A DNA stretch of 64,000 nt from Gammaproteobacteria bacterium (GCA_029862125.1 JAOTXY010000010.1:41-64040); one strand, 5' to 3'; numbered from the stretch's first letter, positions 29,509-39,500 are shown. Notes: generated by a model from the letters alone, not told the origin. Translations and numbers: made by a program.

Positions 29509-30680
29509 CAGCCACCCAGCGGGCGCAGCAATTCGCGCGATATGATATGGCGCTGGATTTCAGAGGTGCCATCCCAGATGCGTTCGACCCGCGCATCGCG
29601 CCAGAACCGTTCCAGCGGTAGTTCATCCATCAGGCCCATGCCGCCGAAGATCTGGATCGCTTCATCGGTTACGCGCGCCAGCATCTCGGTGGCGAACACC
29701 TTGGCGCTTGCAATTTCGCGATTGGCATCGAGTCCCTGGTCGAGACGCCAGGCCGCAGACAGCGTGAGCCAGTCGGCGGCGTCGATGTCGGTGATCATGT
29801 CGGCGAGTTTGAAAGACACGCCCTGGAATTTGCCGATCTGCTGACCGAACTGTTTACGCTCGACCGCGTAGGGCAGGGCATATTCGAAGGCACGTCGAGC
29901 GCGCCCGACACTGGTTGCGGCGACGGTTAAACGGGTCGCGTACAACCATTCGTTCATGACTTCGAAGCCGCCGTGTAATTCACCCAGAATCTGACCTTCG
30001 GGCAAACGGCAATTATCGAAGTTCAGGATACAGTTTTTGTAACCGCGATGGCTGACCGAGTTATATCCCGGCCTGATTTCGAATCCCGGCGTGCCGCGGT
30101 CTACCAGGAAGCAGGTGATTTTCTTCTTGATGCCGCGAGGTGTTTCTTCTTCCCCGGTGGCGATAAAGACGATGACGAAGTCAGCAATATCGGCGTGACT
30201 GATAAAATGCTTGCTGCCATTCACAACCCAGTCACTGCCATCCTGCCGGGCACTGCATTTCATGCCACGAACATCGGAACCGGCTCCCGGTTCGGTCATG
30301 GCTAGCGCATCAAATTTCTCACCTTTAACCGCGGGGACCAGGTATTTTTCGCGCTGCTCTTCGGTGCAGGCCTGCAGTATGCCGGAAGGACGCCCGAAGA
30401 ATACCGCGAGTGCGTTCGAGGCACGACCGAGTTCACGTTCGAGCAGGGTGAAGTCAAGGTGGCTTAAGCCACCGCCACCAAATTCCTCGGAGATATTGGC
30501 GGCGAAGTAGCCCGCCTCGATACATTTGTCCCGAATTTCGTGGCCGATTTCGATTGGCACTTCGCCGCTGCGCTCGACTTCGGCTTCATGCGGGTAAATT
30601 TCGTTTTCGACGAAGCTTCTGACCGTGTCGACGATCATTTCCTGTTCAAAACTGAGTCCGAAATGCATGTTATTCTCCAA
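29508..30680 (-). CDS. Acyl-CoA dehydrogenase
   Basis: 390 aa ACAD with conserved blocks (ALAMTEPGAGSD, QIFGGMGLMDELPLERFWRDARV). Confidence 0.85.
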   Translation of the reverse strand: MENNMHFGLSFEQEMIVDTVRSFVENEIYPHEAEVERSGEVPIEIGHEIRDKCIEAGYFAANISEEFGGGGLSHLDFTLLERELGRASNALAVFFGRPSGILQACTEEQREKYLVPAVKGEKFDALAMTEPGAGSDVRGMKCSARQDGSDWVVNGSKHFISHADIADFVIVFIATGEEETPRGIKKKITCFLVDRGTPGFEIRPGYNSVSHRGYKNCILNFDNCRLPEGQILGELHGGFEVMNEWLYATRLTVAATSVGRARRAFEYALPYAVERKQFGQQIGKFQGVSFKLADMITDIDAADWLTLSAAWRLDQGLDANREIASAKVFATEMLARVTDEAIQIFGGMGLMDELPLERFWRDARVERIWDGTSEIQRHIISRELLRPLGG

Positions 30681-30682
30681 AT

Positions 30683-31678
30683 TTATTCGTCATTAGCGGC
30701 TCCCAGCAGTTGCTGCTCGTAGCGTGCCAGTGTTTTGCCCGCACCCCAGTTATTGCCCTTTAGCGCCTGCAGGATCGCGATCAGGTTGCTGTCGCGTACG
30801 CGCTCAAGATCGCGCGGGGTCAGGCCAGCGGCCTGCTGATCGCACTGATCGCCGACCTCATTGACAAACTCATCGGTCAGTTCGGGTACGTCCATGAGTT
30901 TGGTCCAGGGCCACTTCAGGCACGGACCGAACATCGCCAGCATCGCACGCATGCCGCCTTCGCCACCAGCCAGGTGGAAAGTCTGCATGGTACCCATCTG
31001 CGCCCAGCGCAGGCCGGGGCCGTAAGCGATCGCGGCGTCGATTTCCTCGGCGGTCGCGACCTTGTCGTGCAGTAGCCAAAGCGCTTCGCGCCACAAGGCT
31101 TCCTGCAGGCGATCCGACAGAAAACCCTCGATTTCGACGCGACAGTGCAGCGGATGCATGCCGATGGCGGCGAAGAAATGCTTGCCCCATTCGATATATT
31201 TCGAATTAGTTTTCTCACCGGATACCAGTTCAACCAGTGGTAGCAGGTAGACCGGGTTGAACGGATGGGCAACCATCAGGCGCTCGGGATGTGTCATTTC
31301 GGACTGTAGTTCGGTCGGCATGATGCCCGAGGTCGACGATGTGATGACCGCGTCACTCGCCGCCGTGGTTTCGATTTCAGCGTAAACCGCGCGCTTGATG
31401 TCCGGGCGTTCAGGCACCGACTCGATGATCAGTTGCGCGCCTTTGGCCGCCTCTGCCGCGGTGGCGTGCCAGCTGATAGTACCCTTGTTCGTGGAACGAA
31501 CGCTGGTCAGGTTGGCAAATGCCTGTTCAGCATTGGCGAGCACTGTATTTAGCTTGTTTTCGGCGTCGGGCGCCGGATCAAAGACGCGCACGTCGATTCC
31601 GTTTTCGACCAGGCGCGCGCTCCAGCCACCACCGATAACGCCACCGCCGATGATGGCGGCTGTCTTTACCTCAATCAT
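30683..31678 (-). CDS. 3-hydroxyacyl-CoA dehydrogenase family protein, L-carnitine dehydrogenase-like
   Basis: NAD-binding AIIGGGVIGGGWSARL. 331 aa. Position between a BKACE gene and an ACAD and opposite a GlxA/CdhR-like regulator matches carnitine dehydrogenase operons. Confidence 0.65.
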   Translation of the reverse strand: MIEVKTAAIIGGGVIGGGWSARLVENGIDVRVFDPAPDAENKLNTVLANAEQAFANLTSVRSTNKGTISWHATAAEAAKGAQLIIESVPERPDIKRAVYAEIETTAASDAVITSSTSGIMPTELQSEMTHPERLMVAHPFNPVYLLPLVELVSGEKTNSKYIEWGKHFFAAIGMHPLHCRVEIEGFLSDRLQEALWREALWLLHDKVATAEEIDAAIAYGPGLRWAQMGTMQTFHLAGGEGGMRAMLAMFGPCLKWPWTKLMDVPELTDEFVNEVGDQCDQQAAGLTPRDLERVRDSNLIAILQALKGNNWGAGKTLARYEQQLLGAANDE

Positions 31679-31690
31679 GTTTTTACTCCC

Positions 31691-32608
31691 TTATTTTGAG
31701 ACCGGCGGACGTTTTTGCAGTTGCATTTTTTCGCGCACCTCGGTCGGAGTCATCAGGGTTGCACCCATGTTGGTAACAATGGTTGCCGCCATTTCCACGA
31801 GTTGTGCGTTAGTCGCAAGCTCGCCTTTTCTGAGCCAAAGGTTGTCCTCGAGGCCGACACGCACATTGCCACCGGCAAGTACCGCGGCGGCGGCGTAGGG
31901 CATTTCGTGGCGGCCGATCGAAAACGCCGAAAAGGTCCAGTTGTCCGGGGTATTGTTGACCATCGACATGAAGGTGTTCAAGTCATCCGGAGCACCCCAC
32001 GGAATACCCATACACATCTGGATCATGACCGGGTCCTGGATGATGCCTTCTTCGACCAGCTGCTTGGCAAACCACAGGTGGCCGGTTTCGAAGACTTCGA
32101 TTTCGGGACGCACGCCGAGATCGGTCATCATTTGACCCATCGCGCGCAGCATACCGGGGGTATTGGTCATGACGTAGTCAGCCTCGGCGAAATTCATTGT
32201 GCCGCAGTCGAGGGTGCAGATTTCAGGCAGGCATTCGGCGACATGCGCAACACGTTCAGTAGCGCCCGCCATATCGGTTCCAGCCTCGTTCAGGGGGAGC
32301 GGATTCTCCGGGTCGCCAAACACCAGGTCACCGCCCATGCCGGCAGTGAAGTTGACCACGACATCGGTTTCAGAATCACGGATACGATCGATAACCTCAC
32401 GGTAGAGTTCTACCCGACGACTGGGTTTGCCGGTTTCAGGTTCGCGCACGTGGCAATGGACAACGGCGGCGCCTGCCTTGGCGGCATCGATCGCGCTGCT
32501 GGCGATTTGTTCGGGCGAGCGCGGCACGTGGGGAGAACGATCCTGTGAGCTGCCGGAACCGGTAACAGCACAGGTAATGAAAGGATTCAGATTGGCGCTT
32601 AAAGGCAT
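31691..32608 (-). CDS. 3-keto-5-aminohexanoate cleavage enzyme family (BKACE/DUF849) beta-keto acid cleavage enzyme, dehydrocarnitine-cleavage-like
   Basis: N-terminal ITCAVTGSG. HCHVREPETGKPS and the FTAGMGG Zn/substrate motifs are typical of BKACE. Length is 305 aa. Confidence 0.75.
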   Translation of the reverse strand: MPLSANLNPFITCAVTGSGSSQDRSPHVPRSPEQIASSAIDAAKAGAAVVHCHVREPETGKPSRRVELYREVIDRIRDSETDVVVNFTAGMGGDLVFGDPENPLPLNEAGTDMAGATERVAHVAECLPEICTLDCGTMNFAEADYVMTNTPGMLRAMGQMMTDLGVRPEIEVFETGHLWFAKQLVEEGIIQDPVMIQMCMGIPWGAPDDLNTFMSMVNNTPDNWTFSAFSIGRHEMPYAAAAVLAGGNVRVGLEDNLWLRKGELATNAQLVEMAATIVTNMGATLMTPTEVREKMQLQKRPPVSK

Positions 32609-32698
32609 GGCACACCTCCATTAATAGAACGCGCCATCATGCCATGGATTGCGGGATTGTGATTGCATTAATGCGCAAAATATTTAACAATTTACGCA

Positions 32699-33676
32699 AT
32701 GAGTATCTTCAAACCGAGCGATCAAAAACTCCGGGTAACGCTGCTGGTATTGCCCGATTCGTCGATGATGTCGCTGGCATCGGCGCTCGACACCATGCGT
32801 GCCGCAAACCGTATCGCAAGCAGTGAACTATTTGAATGGAAAATCATAACCCTGAACGGAAAACCGGCGCGCCTGACCTGCGATATATCGATCGAACCCG
32901 ACGCCACGCTTGATGAACATTCGCACGGGGATGTGCTGATCGTCATTGCCAGTTTCCATCAGCAGCAACATGCGGGACCTGCCCATTTAAAGTTGATCAA
33001 GCGGGTGGCTCGAAATTTCTCGATGGTTGGTGGCATAGAGGCCGGCAGCTGGATCCTGGCACGCAGCGGCTTACTGGAACGTAAATCGGCAACTACTCAC
33101 TGGGAAGACCTGGAGGAATTTGGCACTCGCTTTCCCGCGGTCAACTTGAAAGCGGATCGTTTCGTTATCGATGGCCCGGTATTTACCACCGGTGGTGCGT
33201 CACCAACCTTCGACTTCATGCTGTACCTGATCCGCAAGCGCTACGGTTATCCGCTCGCGATCGAAGTTTCCAGCGCCTTCATTTATGACGGCGTGCACAG
33301 CGCTACGGATACCCAGCCACTGGTGTCACTCGGCATGCTGGAAAATAACGAGCCCCGGGTCGCCGCGGCGATACACCTGATGGAACAGCATATCGATGAC
33401 ACCCTGACGATAGCCCAGGTGGCACGGCAGATCGATTTATCGGTGCGTATGCTCGAATACCTTTTCAGGCAGACACTGAATCTTTCCCCGGCTGCTTACT
33501 ATCGTCGTCTGAGGTTGCAAACCGCGCGCCGCATGGTGGTCGATACACGGCTCAAGTTGCAGGAAATCGCCATTCGCACCGGCTTTAACTCGTTGTCTTC
33601 ATTTTCGCGCCTGTTTAGCCAGTACTACCAGCAATCCCCCGGGGAATGTCGCCGCCTGGCGCAAAGTACAATTTGA
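32699..33676 (+). CDS. GlxA-family (DJ-1/PfpI + AraC HTH) transcriptional regulator, CdhR-like
   Basis: 325 aa. N-terminal class-I glutamine-amidotransferase-like domain. C-terminal AraC-type HTH (AQVARQIDLSVRMLEYLFRQ...IAIRTGFNSLSSFSRLF). Divergently transcribed from the BKACE and carnitine-dehydrogenase-like genes. Confidence 0.75.
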   Translation: MSIFKPSDQKLRVTLLVLPDSSMMSLASALDTMRAANRIASSELFEWKIITLNGKPARLTCDISIEPDATLDEHSHGDVLIVIASFHQQQHAGPAHLKLIKRVARNFSMVGGIEAGSWILARSGLLERKSATTHWEDLEEFGTRFPAVNLKADRFVIDGPVFTTGGASPTFDFMLYLIRKRYGYPLAIEVSSAFIYDGVHSATDTQPLVSLGMLENNEPRVAAAIHLMEQHIDDTLTIAQVARQIDLSVRMLEYLFRQTLNLSPAAYYRRLRLQTARRMVVDTRLKLQEIAIRTGFNSLSSFSRLFSQYYQQSPGECRRLAQSTI

Positions 33677-33827
33677 ATCTGTTGTCCTGCTGGATTGGCG
33701 CAAATAGATAATCTTCAGTCGCGCATAAATCTTACACCGGGCATTGCTGTGATAGTATTCGTCGCTGTAAATCGACTGTGATCGAGGAATTCCCCTGCGA
33801 TCACCAGAATGGAAAGTTGCGAGCGTA

Positions 33828-34577
33828 ATGAAAATACTGGTATGTGTGAAACGCGTGCTAGACCCCCAGGTCAAGGCACGTGTCAAGGCGGATGAATCGG
33901 GTGTCGATCTGGCGAACGCCAAGATGACCATGAATCCCTTTTGTGAAAATGCCCTCGAAGAGGCGCTGCGCCTGCGCGAGGCCGGCATTGGCGAGGAAAT
34001 TATCGTGGCCTCGGTCGGCGGTGGTAAAACCGAGGAAACCCTGCGCCATGGACTCGCCATGGGCGCCGATCGCGCGATCCAGGTGGTAACCGAGGAAACG
34101 CTGGAGCCGCTCGCCATCGCCAAGGTGCTGAAGCAGGTCGCCGAGCAGGAAAGCGTTGGCCTTGTGCTCGCCGGCAAACAGGCCATCGACGACGACTCCA
34201 ACCAGACCGCACAAATGCTGTCGGCGCTGCTGGGCTGGTCGCAGGCGACCTATTGCTCGGAAATCAAGATCGAGGGTGATAAGGCGACCGTAACCCGTGA
34301 GGTCGACGCCGGTCTCGAGACTATCGAGGTGAAGATGCCGGCCGTTATGAGTGCCGACCTGCGCCTCAACGAGCCGCGTTACGTCAAGCTACCCGACGTT
34401 ATGAAAGCCAAGCGCAAGCCGATGGATAAAATCGAGCTCGATAGCCTGGGGCTCGATACCGCCAATCGCCTGACGACCTTGAAAGTCGAAGAACCGGAAG
34501 GCCGCGCCGCCGGCGTGATTGTAAACAGCGTCAGTGAACTGGTCGAAAAACTGCGCAACGAAGCGAAGGTGATTTAG
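33828..34577 (+). CDS. etfB: Electron transfer flavoprotein subunit beta
   Basis: [13 protein letters not shown]-terminus. 249 aa. Followed 3 nt later by etfA. Confidence 0.9.
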   Translation: MKILVCVKRVLDPQVKARVKADESGVDLANAKMTMNPFCENALEEALRLREAGIGEEIIVASVGGGKTEETLRHGLAMGADRAIQVVTEETLEPLAIAKVLKQVAEQESVGLVLAGKQAIDDDSNQTAQMLSALLGWSQATYCSEIKIEGDKATVTREVDAGLETIEVKMPAVMSADLRLNEPRYVKLPDVMKAKRKPMDKIELDSLGLDTANRLTTLKVEEPEGRAAGVIVNSVSELVEKLRNEAKVI

Positions 34578-34579
34578 TC

Positions 34580-35509
34580 ATGGCAAATCTGGTAATCGTC
34601 GAACACGATAACAACGAAGTCGCCGCGGCAACCCTGCATGCGGTGACTGCTGCGCAGCAAATTGGTGGTGACATCGACCTGCTGGTCGCAGGCGAAAATT
34701 GCGGTGCGGTTGCTGAAGAGGCCGCCAAAATTGCTGGCGTTAGCAGCGTCAAGGTGGCTGATGATGCGAAGTTCGGTCATCACCTCGCGGAAAACCTGGC
34801 GACCCTGATCGTCGAAGTTGCCGCGGGTTACAGTCACGTACTGGCCTCGGCCACCACCTTCGGCAAGAACGTCATGCCGCACGCTGCGGCCTTACTCGAC
34901 AAGGCGCAGATTTCCGAAATTGTCGAAGTCAAGTCAGCCGATACCTTCGTGCGCCCGATCTACGCAGGTAACGCGCTGGCGACGGTACAGTCTTCGGATT
35001 CGATCAAGATAATTACCGTGCGCACCATCAAATTCGAAGCCGCGGCAGCCGAAGGGGGTTCCGCGAACGTCGAAGCGATCAGCGGCGGTACCGATACTGG
35101 CCTGTCGAGCTGGGTGTCGCAGGCGGTTTCCAGCAACGACCAGGTCGATCTGACTTCGGCCAAGATCGTCATTTCCGGCGGTCGCGGCATGCAGTCCGGC
35201 GATAACTTTAGCATGTTGCACTCGGTCGCCGACAAGCTCGGCGCAGCGGTTGGCGCATCGCGCGCCGCGGTCGATTCCGGCTTTGTACCGAACGAATTCC
35301 AGGTTGGCCAGACCGGCAAGGTCATCGCGCCGGATTTGTACATCGCGGTCGGTATCTCCGGTGCGATCCAGCACCTCGCTGGGATGAAGGAGAGCAAGGT
35401 TATCGTCGCCATCAACAACGACAGCGAAGCGCCGATCTTCCAGGTCGCGGATTATGGCCTGGTCGCGGATCTTTTCGAAGCGGTACCCGAGCTCGACGCC
35501 GCGCTGTAA
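34580..35509 (+). CDS. etfA: Electron transfer flavoprotein subunit alpha
   Basis: 309 aa. C-terminal FAD-binding block IAVGISGAIQHLAGMKESKVIVAINND. Confidence 0.9.
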   Translation: MANLVIVEHDNNEVAAATLHAVTAAQQIGGDIDLLVAGENCGAVAEEAAKIAGVSSVKVADDAKFGHHLAENLATLIVEVAAGYSHVLASATTFGKNVMPHAAALLDKAQISEIVEVKSADTFVRPIYAGNALATVQSSDSIKIITVRTIKFEAAAAEGGSANVEAISGGTDTGLSSWVSQAVSSNDQVDLTSAKIVISGGRGMQSGDNFSMLHSVADKLGAAVGASRAAVDSGFVPNEFQVGQTGKVIAPDLYIAVGISGAIQHLAGMKESKVIVAINNDSEAPIFQVADYGLVADLFEAVPELDAAL

Positions 35510-35520
35510 ACGGCACACGT

Positions 35521-35589
35521 CATGCCCGCGAAAGCGGGCATCTAGTAGAAACACAAAACCCGCCGGATTCAATCCGGCGGGTTTTTTTG
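35521..35589 (+). terminator. Rho-independent terminator after etfA (tandem hairpins, second followed by T7 run)
   Basis: atgcccgc-gaaa-gcgggcat hairpin (35522-35541). Then cccgccgga-ttcaa-tccggcggg followed by ttttttt (35559-35588). Confidence 0.75.
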
Positions 35590-35629
35590 CGCTTCACAAC
35601 GGAATTGGTGCCAGTGAGCCCGATTTTGC

Positions 35630-37237
35630 TCAGGCGAACCACCACCGTTCGGCATTCTTCATGCCGTCCAGTTCCCAGTTGTTGCCGATCTGCTCGGGAA
35701 GGCCGAGTTTGTCGTTCACCGCCATCACGTCACTGAGAAACAGCGGTATTACAGCGCCCCCGTCGTTGTGCACGATTTGCTGCATTTCGACATAGATTTC
35801 GCGCCGTTTCTCCGCATTCAGTTCGGCACGGCCCTGGATCAGCAACTTGTTGAATTGCTCGTTCTTCCAGTAAGTTTCGTTCCATTTGGCATCTGCGGAG
35901 TAAACCTGGGAAAACATCCAGTTTTCGGTGGGCCGGCCGCTCCAGTAGGAGCCACACCAGGGCTTTTTCAACCACACGTCGGCCCAGTAGCCGTCATTGG
36001 CTTCGCGTTTAATGTCGATATTGATCCCGGCGGGCTTGGCCGATTCGCGCATTAGCTGCCCGGCGTCCACCGCACCGGCGAAGGCCGTATCCGCGGCATG
36101 GAATTCCACCGACAGGTTCTCCATTTTGGCCTGCTTCAAGTGCCACTTCGCCTTGTCGGGATCGTATCCCCGCTGCGGCAGCTCTTCGGTGGTCGCGCGA
36201 TACACGTTGGCCGGGCCGATCGGATTGTCGTTGCCGAGTTCACCGTAGCCAAATGCGATCTTGTCGAGCCACTCTTTGCGCTGGATTATCAACTTGAGCG
36301 CCATGCGAACGTGATTATTGTCATAGGGCGCCAGATCCGTGCGCATCGGCAGCGTGATCTGCTTGTTACCCGTGGTGGCGATAACTTTCACGCCTGGCAG
36401 CTTGGCAAACCGACTGGCAGTTTTCAAATCCACTTTCTGGATGCAATCCACCGTATCCGTTCGCAGGGCAGTGGTGCGCGCCCCCGGGTCTTCGAGCTGC
36501 AGTGACTCGATTTCATCGAAATGCGCTTTACCTTCTTTCCAGTAGTTGGGATTGCGCTTGGTAAAAGTTCGAATACCGGGTTCATGGTCCACCAGGCTGT
36601 AGCCGCCCGTGCCGATGCCGGATTGCCAGTCGATGCTACCGTCGCCGTTGGAGGGGCAGATCAGGATGTGATAGTCGCTGAGGATGAACGGAAAGTCGGC
36701 ATCGCCGCCACTGAGTCCTACTACCACTGTATTCGCCCCATCCGCCTTGACCGAGTCAACGCCGGTGAGGATGCCGGCCGCGCCCGATGTCGAACCTTCA
36801 CCGAGGTGATGCTGCAACGAATCTACCACGTCCTGCGAATTCAGGGTCTTACCATTGTGGAATTCCACACCCTTGCGAATTTTGAAAACCCACTGGGTGG
36901 CATCGGCGTTGGCCTCCCAGCTTTCGGCCAGTTCTCCGACCAGTTCACCGCTGGCAGAGACTTCGGTAAGGTTGTTACGCAACTGGCCGAATTGCACGTT
37001 GATCATGTAGGAGTCCAGGATCTGGCCCGGGTCCAGTACGTCACTGGTCGCGCCACCGGTGAGCCCCTGCCTGAGCTTGCCACCTTTCTTTGGAGCGGCC
37101 AGTGCCGCTTCGCTGTATAGCATGGGTGCCATCGCTCCCGCGCCCAGTGCCATCGCCGCGGTCAGGAATTTACGGCGGCTCAGGCCGTTTTCCGTAACCA
37201 GTCGTTGCAGAAATTTGATTTCGTCGTCTTGTTTCAT
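35630..37237 (-). CDS. ABC transporter substrate-binding protein, family 5 (peptide/opine/nickel type), Tat signal
   Basis: Start at MKQDDEIKF with RBS GGAGAGGA 6 nt upstream. Tat motif SRRKFLTAAMALGAGAMA. Mature domain of about 500 aa typical of SBP_bac_5. No cognate permease in the window. Confidence 0.8.
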   Translation of the reverse strand: MKQDDEIKFLQRLVTENGLSRRKFLTAAMALGAGAMAPMLYSEAALAAPKKGGKLRQGLTGGATSDVLDPGQILDSYMINVQFGQLRNNLTEVSASGELVGELAESWEANADATQWVFKIRKGVEFHNGKTLNSQDVVDSLQHHLGEGSTSGAAGILTGVDSVKADGANTVVVGLSGGDADFPFILSDYHILICPSNGDGSIDWQSGIGTGGYSLVDHEPGIRTFTKRNPNYWKEGKAHFDEIESLQLEDPGARTTALRTDTVDCIQKVDLKTASRFAKLPGVKVIATTGNKQITLPMRTDLAPYDNNHVRMALKLIIQRKEWLDKIAFGYGELGNDNPIGPANVYRATTEELPQRGYDPDKAKWHLKQAKMENLSVEFHAADTAFAGAVDAGQLMRESAKPAGINIDIKREANDGYWADVWLKKPWCGSYWSGRPTENWMFSQVYSADAKWNETYWKNEQFNKLLIQGRAELNAEKRREIYVEMQQIVHNDGGAVIPLFLSDVMAVNDKLGLPEQIGNNWELDGMKNAERWWFA

Positions 37238-37453
37238 ATGTCCTCTCCGGTTGGGGTCTTTTTTTGCGAAACAGGCCGTTAACGGCAATCTGATTCGCTT
37301 TGTCCCGCGATTATAACCCCGAAACCATCGCAGATCGAAACATTATATCTTTCAATAACGACGAGATTGCGCAATGGCAACAGAAATTAAGGTTCAAAAA
37401 AGTGACACAGGGATTGTATTTCAATCCTCCCGTCTTTCGTTCCAGGACAGGAG

Positions 37454-37492
37454 TCGGTGACAAATGATTCTAATTCTCATTTGTCACCGACC
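37454..37492. promoter_or_regulatory. Perfect 15-bp inverted repeat, candidate operator in a divergent promoter region
   Basis: GTCGGTGACAAATGA - 9 nt - TCATTTGTCACCGAC. Located between the divergently transcribed SBP gene (start 37237) and a small ORF (start 37586). Confidence 0.45.
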
Positions 37493-37585
37493 CCTGTCAT
37501 TGATAAGGTGACAGTTCACTTGATTCCGAGATAACTAAACGCTTAGCAGAATTTTTCGAATAGCGTGACATTACAGGAGAGGAAC

Positions 37586-37870
37586 GTGGCAAGTACTCCA
37601 CTATTGGCCGATCTGGAAAGAGCCCTTGATCTGTTGAAGCAGGTTGATGAAAGCAGGTTGGACTTCGCCCCTGACCCGAATGTCTCTCCCGACATTCGCG
37701 AACTAACCGGTATCGAGAAGTATCCGGTAGATTCTCACCTGGCGAATCTACGGGCCAGGATCAAGGCCGTCGTGAAAGCGGGGGATAAGCTGGACCCGCG
37801 CGAACCATCCGATTACGTGTCGCAGCTCATCGTCGCATGCGTAAGGCTCGCCCCGCCGAGCGACGATTGA
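37586..37870 (+). CDS. Hypothetical small protein (94 aa)
   Basis: GTG start preceded by AGGAGAGG RBS. No recognised domain. Acidic, helical composition. Confidence 0.4.
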   Translation: MASTPLLADLERALDLLKQVDESRLDFAPDPNVSPDIRELTGIEKYPVDSHLANLRARIKAVVKAGDKLDPREPSDYVSQLIVACVRLAPPSDD

Positions 37871-37916
37871 ACCTGGCATCAAGGAATTTAAGAAACTAAG
37901 TCGACAGTCTAAGTTT

Positions 37917-39500
37917 TCAATCGAACCGTTTCCGCACCCAGAAAACGATTGCGCCAAGCAGGAGCAATGCCAAAATGCCAGAGATCAATGGTTTGCTGTC
38001 GGACTTGTCGCTCTCAATCGTTTTATTTTCGGATTGACTTTCGAGGGCTTTCTCGCGTGCCTGGCGAGATTTATCGAGACCCTGGTAGGTGACGTAATAC
38101 TTATAGATATTGCGCACATAGGAAGCCGGTTCGCCGCTTACCGCCCGGTACATGCCAATCTCGACATTGCCGAACCAGCGGTTGGGATCGAAACCCAGCT
38201 GCCTGGCGTGTTTGCGCGCGCGCTGCATGTTGCCCGGGCCGGCGTTGTAGGCCGCGAAGGAGAACAGCACCCGGTCGAGCGGTGAAATCGTCGGCTCCGA
38301 GAAGTAGGTCTCGCGCAGCCAGTGCAGGTATTTAACCCCGGCATGAACATTGTTCTCGACCGTTGAAATATCGGGGATGTCGACCGCCTTGTCCGCAGCT
38401 GTCGTGGGCAGTAACTGCATCACGCCCACCGCGCCGGCCGAGCTGCGCTTGTTCTGGTCGAAGCGCGATTCCTGGTAGGCCTGGGCCGCAATAATTATCC
38501 AGTCAAATTCATACTGGCCCGCATATCGCTTGATGATTTCGATGGTTTCCCCGTACCGTTTTCGGTTCTCACCGGAGAGCACATTTTCCAGCCATCCGGT
38601 GTTGCCGAGGTAGCGCTTGCGGAGAATGTTGCCGAGCAGGCTGCCTTTTTTGACAGTCTCGCTGAATGCAGAGATCGATTTCATCAGTGCCGGGCTGTCC
38701 TTGCGAATGGCCCAGGCGATCCGGTTGCCGGAGTGCACCGATATATCACGGTGTACCTCGATATTTTCAAAAACCTGTTCCCAGAAGGCCGCCTTGTGGC
38801 TGTCGACAACGACAGCCTTTAACACCCCGGCATTGACCATATCGAGCAGGTCGTAGTCCTCGAGATTTTCATCCGCCTCGGTGATCGGGATCGGTTCCTT
38901 GCCCTGTGTCTCGCGCGCGGCATTCAACGTCTGCAGGTGTTCGAAGTAGCTGCTGGATCGACGCACGTAAAGCCCGGGATCAACGAGGTCGTCGAGCGAG
39001 GTGATATTTTTTACTGCGGGACCGGTTATGACCAGTTCGTCGACGTTCGGGTATATCGGGGGACCGAAGTCGACCAGCTTTTGCCGTTCGGGCGTGATCG
39101 TGAGATTTCCCATCACCAGGTCGCCGCGACCTTCGATAAGGCCCGGTATCAGTTCGTCGCGACCTACCGGAATCAGTACGATGGTGGGCGAGCGCACGCG
39201 CCCGATTTCCTCAGCGAGGTGATCGTCGAACAGCTTGCCCAGCTCGGCCACCATGCCTTTCTGCTTTGCACCGTCGAAGCTGAAGAACAGGGGGTTGTGG
39301 ACGGTGAGGATACGCAGGAAACCACGTTCAGTCATGCCGTCGAGATCGCCGTGCCAGGGCTGGTTGGCATGCTCCAGAATTTCGTCTGGCTCGTCGGTGG
39401 TGGCCAGCACGACTCCACCGCTGAACAGTATCGGCAGCAGCACTAGTAAAGCGAAAGCAGGTCTTGGCAAGCGCATGGCAATACAGCATCGCAAGTGCAT
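37917..39500 (-). CDS. Membrane-bound lytic murein transglycosylase F-like protein (SBP_bac_3 domain + SLT domain) with C-terminal TM anchor
   Basis: N-terminal signal peptide and periplasmic solute-binding-family-3 fold. SLT catalytic region AQAYQESRFDQNKRSSAGAVGVMQLLPTTA. Unusual extra C-terminal segment ending in the hydrophobic helix LISGILALLLLGAIVFWV. Confidence 0.7.
   Translation of the reverse strand: MHLRCCIAMRLPRPAFALLVLLPILFSGGVVLATTDEPDEILEHANQPWHGDLDGMTERGFLRILTVHNPLFFSFDGAKQKGMVAELGKLFDDHLAEEIGRVRSPTIVLIPVGRDELIPGLIEGRGDLVMGNLTITPERQKLVDFGPPIYPNVDELVITGPAVKNITSLDDLVDPGLYVRRSSSYFEHLQTLNAARETQGKEPIPITEADENLEDYDLLDMVNAGVLKAVVVDSHKAAFWEQVFENIEVHRDISVHSGNRIAWAIRKDSPALMKSISAFSETVKKGSLLGNILRKRYLGNTGWLENVLSGENRKRYGETIEIIKRYAGQYEFDWIIIAAQAYQESRFDQNKRSSAGAVGVMQLLPTTAADKAVDIPDISTVENNVHAGVKYLHWLRETYFSEPTISPLDRVLFSFAAYNAGPGNMQRARKHARQLGFDPNRWFGNVEIGMYRAVSGEPASYVRNIYKYYVTYQGLDKSRQAREKALESQSENKTIESDKSDSKPLISGILALLLLGAIVFWVRKRFD

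Noticed and set aside
31715-32548. 277-aa plus-strand ORF, and the 200-aa minus-strand ORF at 33599-34201
   Set aside because: Antisense to the BKACE gene and to cdhR/etfB respectively. The sense-strand genes have strong family motifs.
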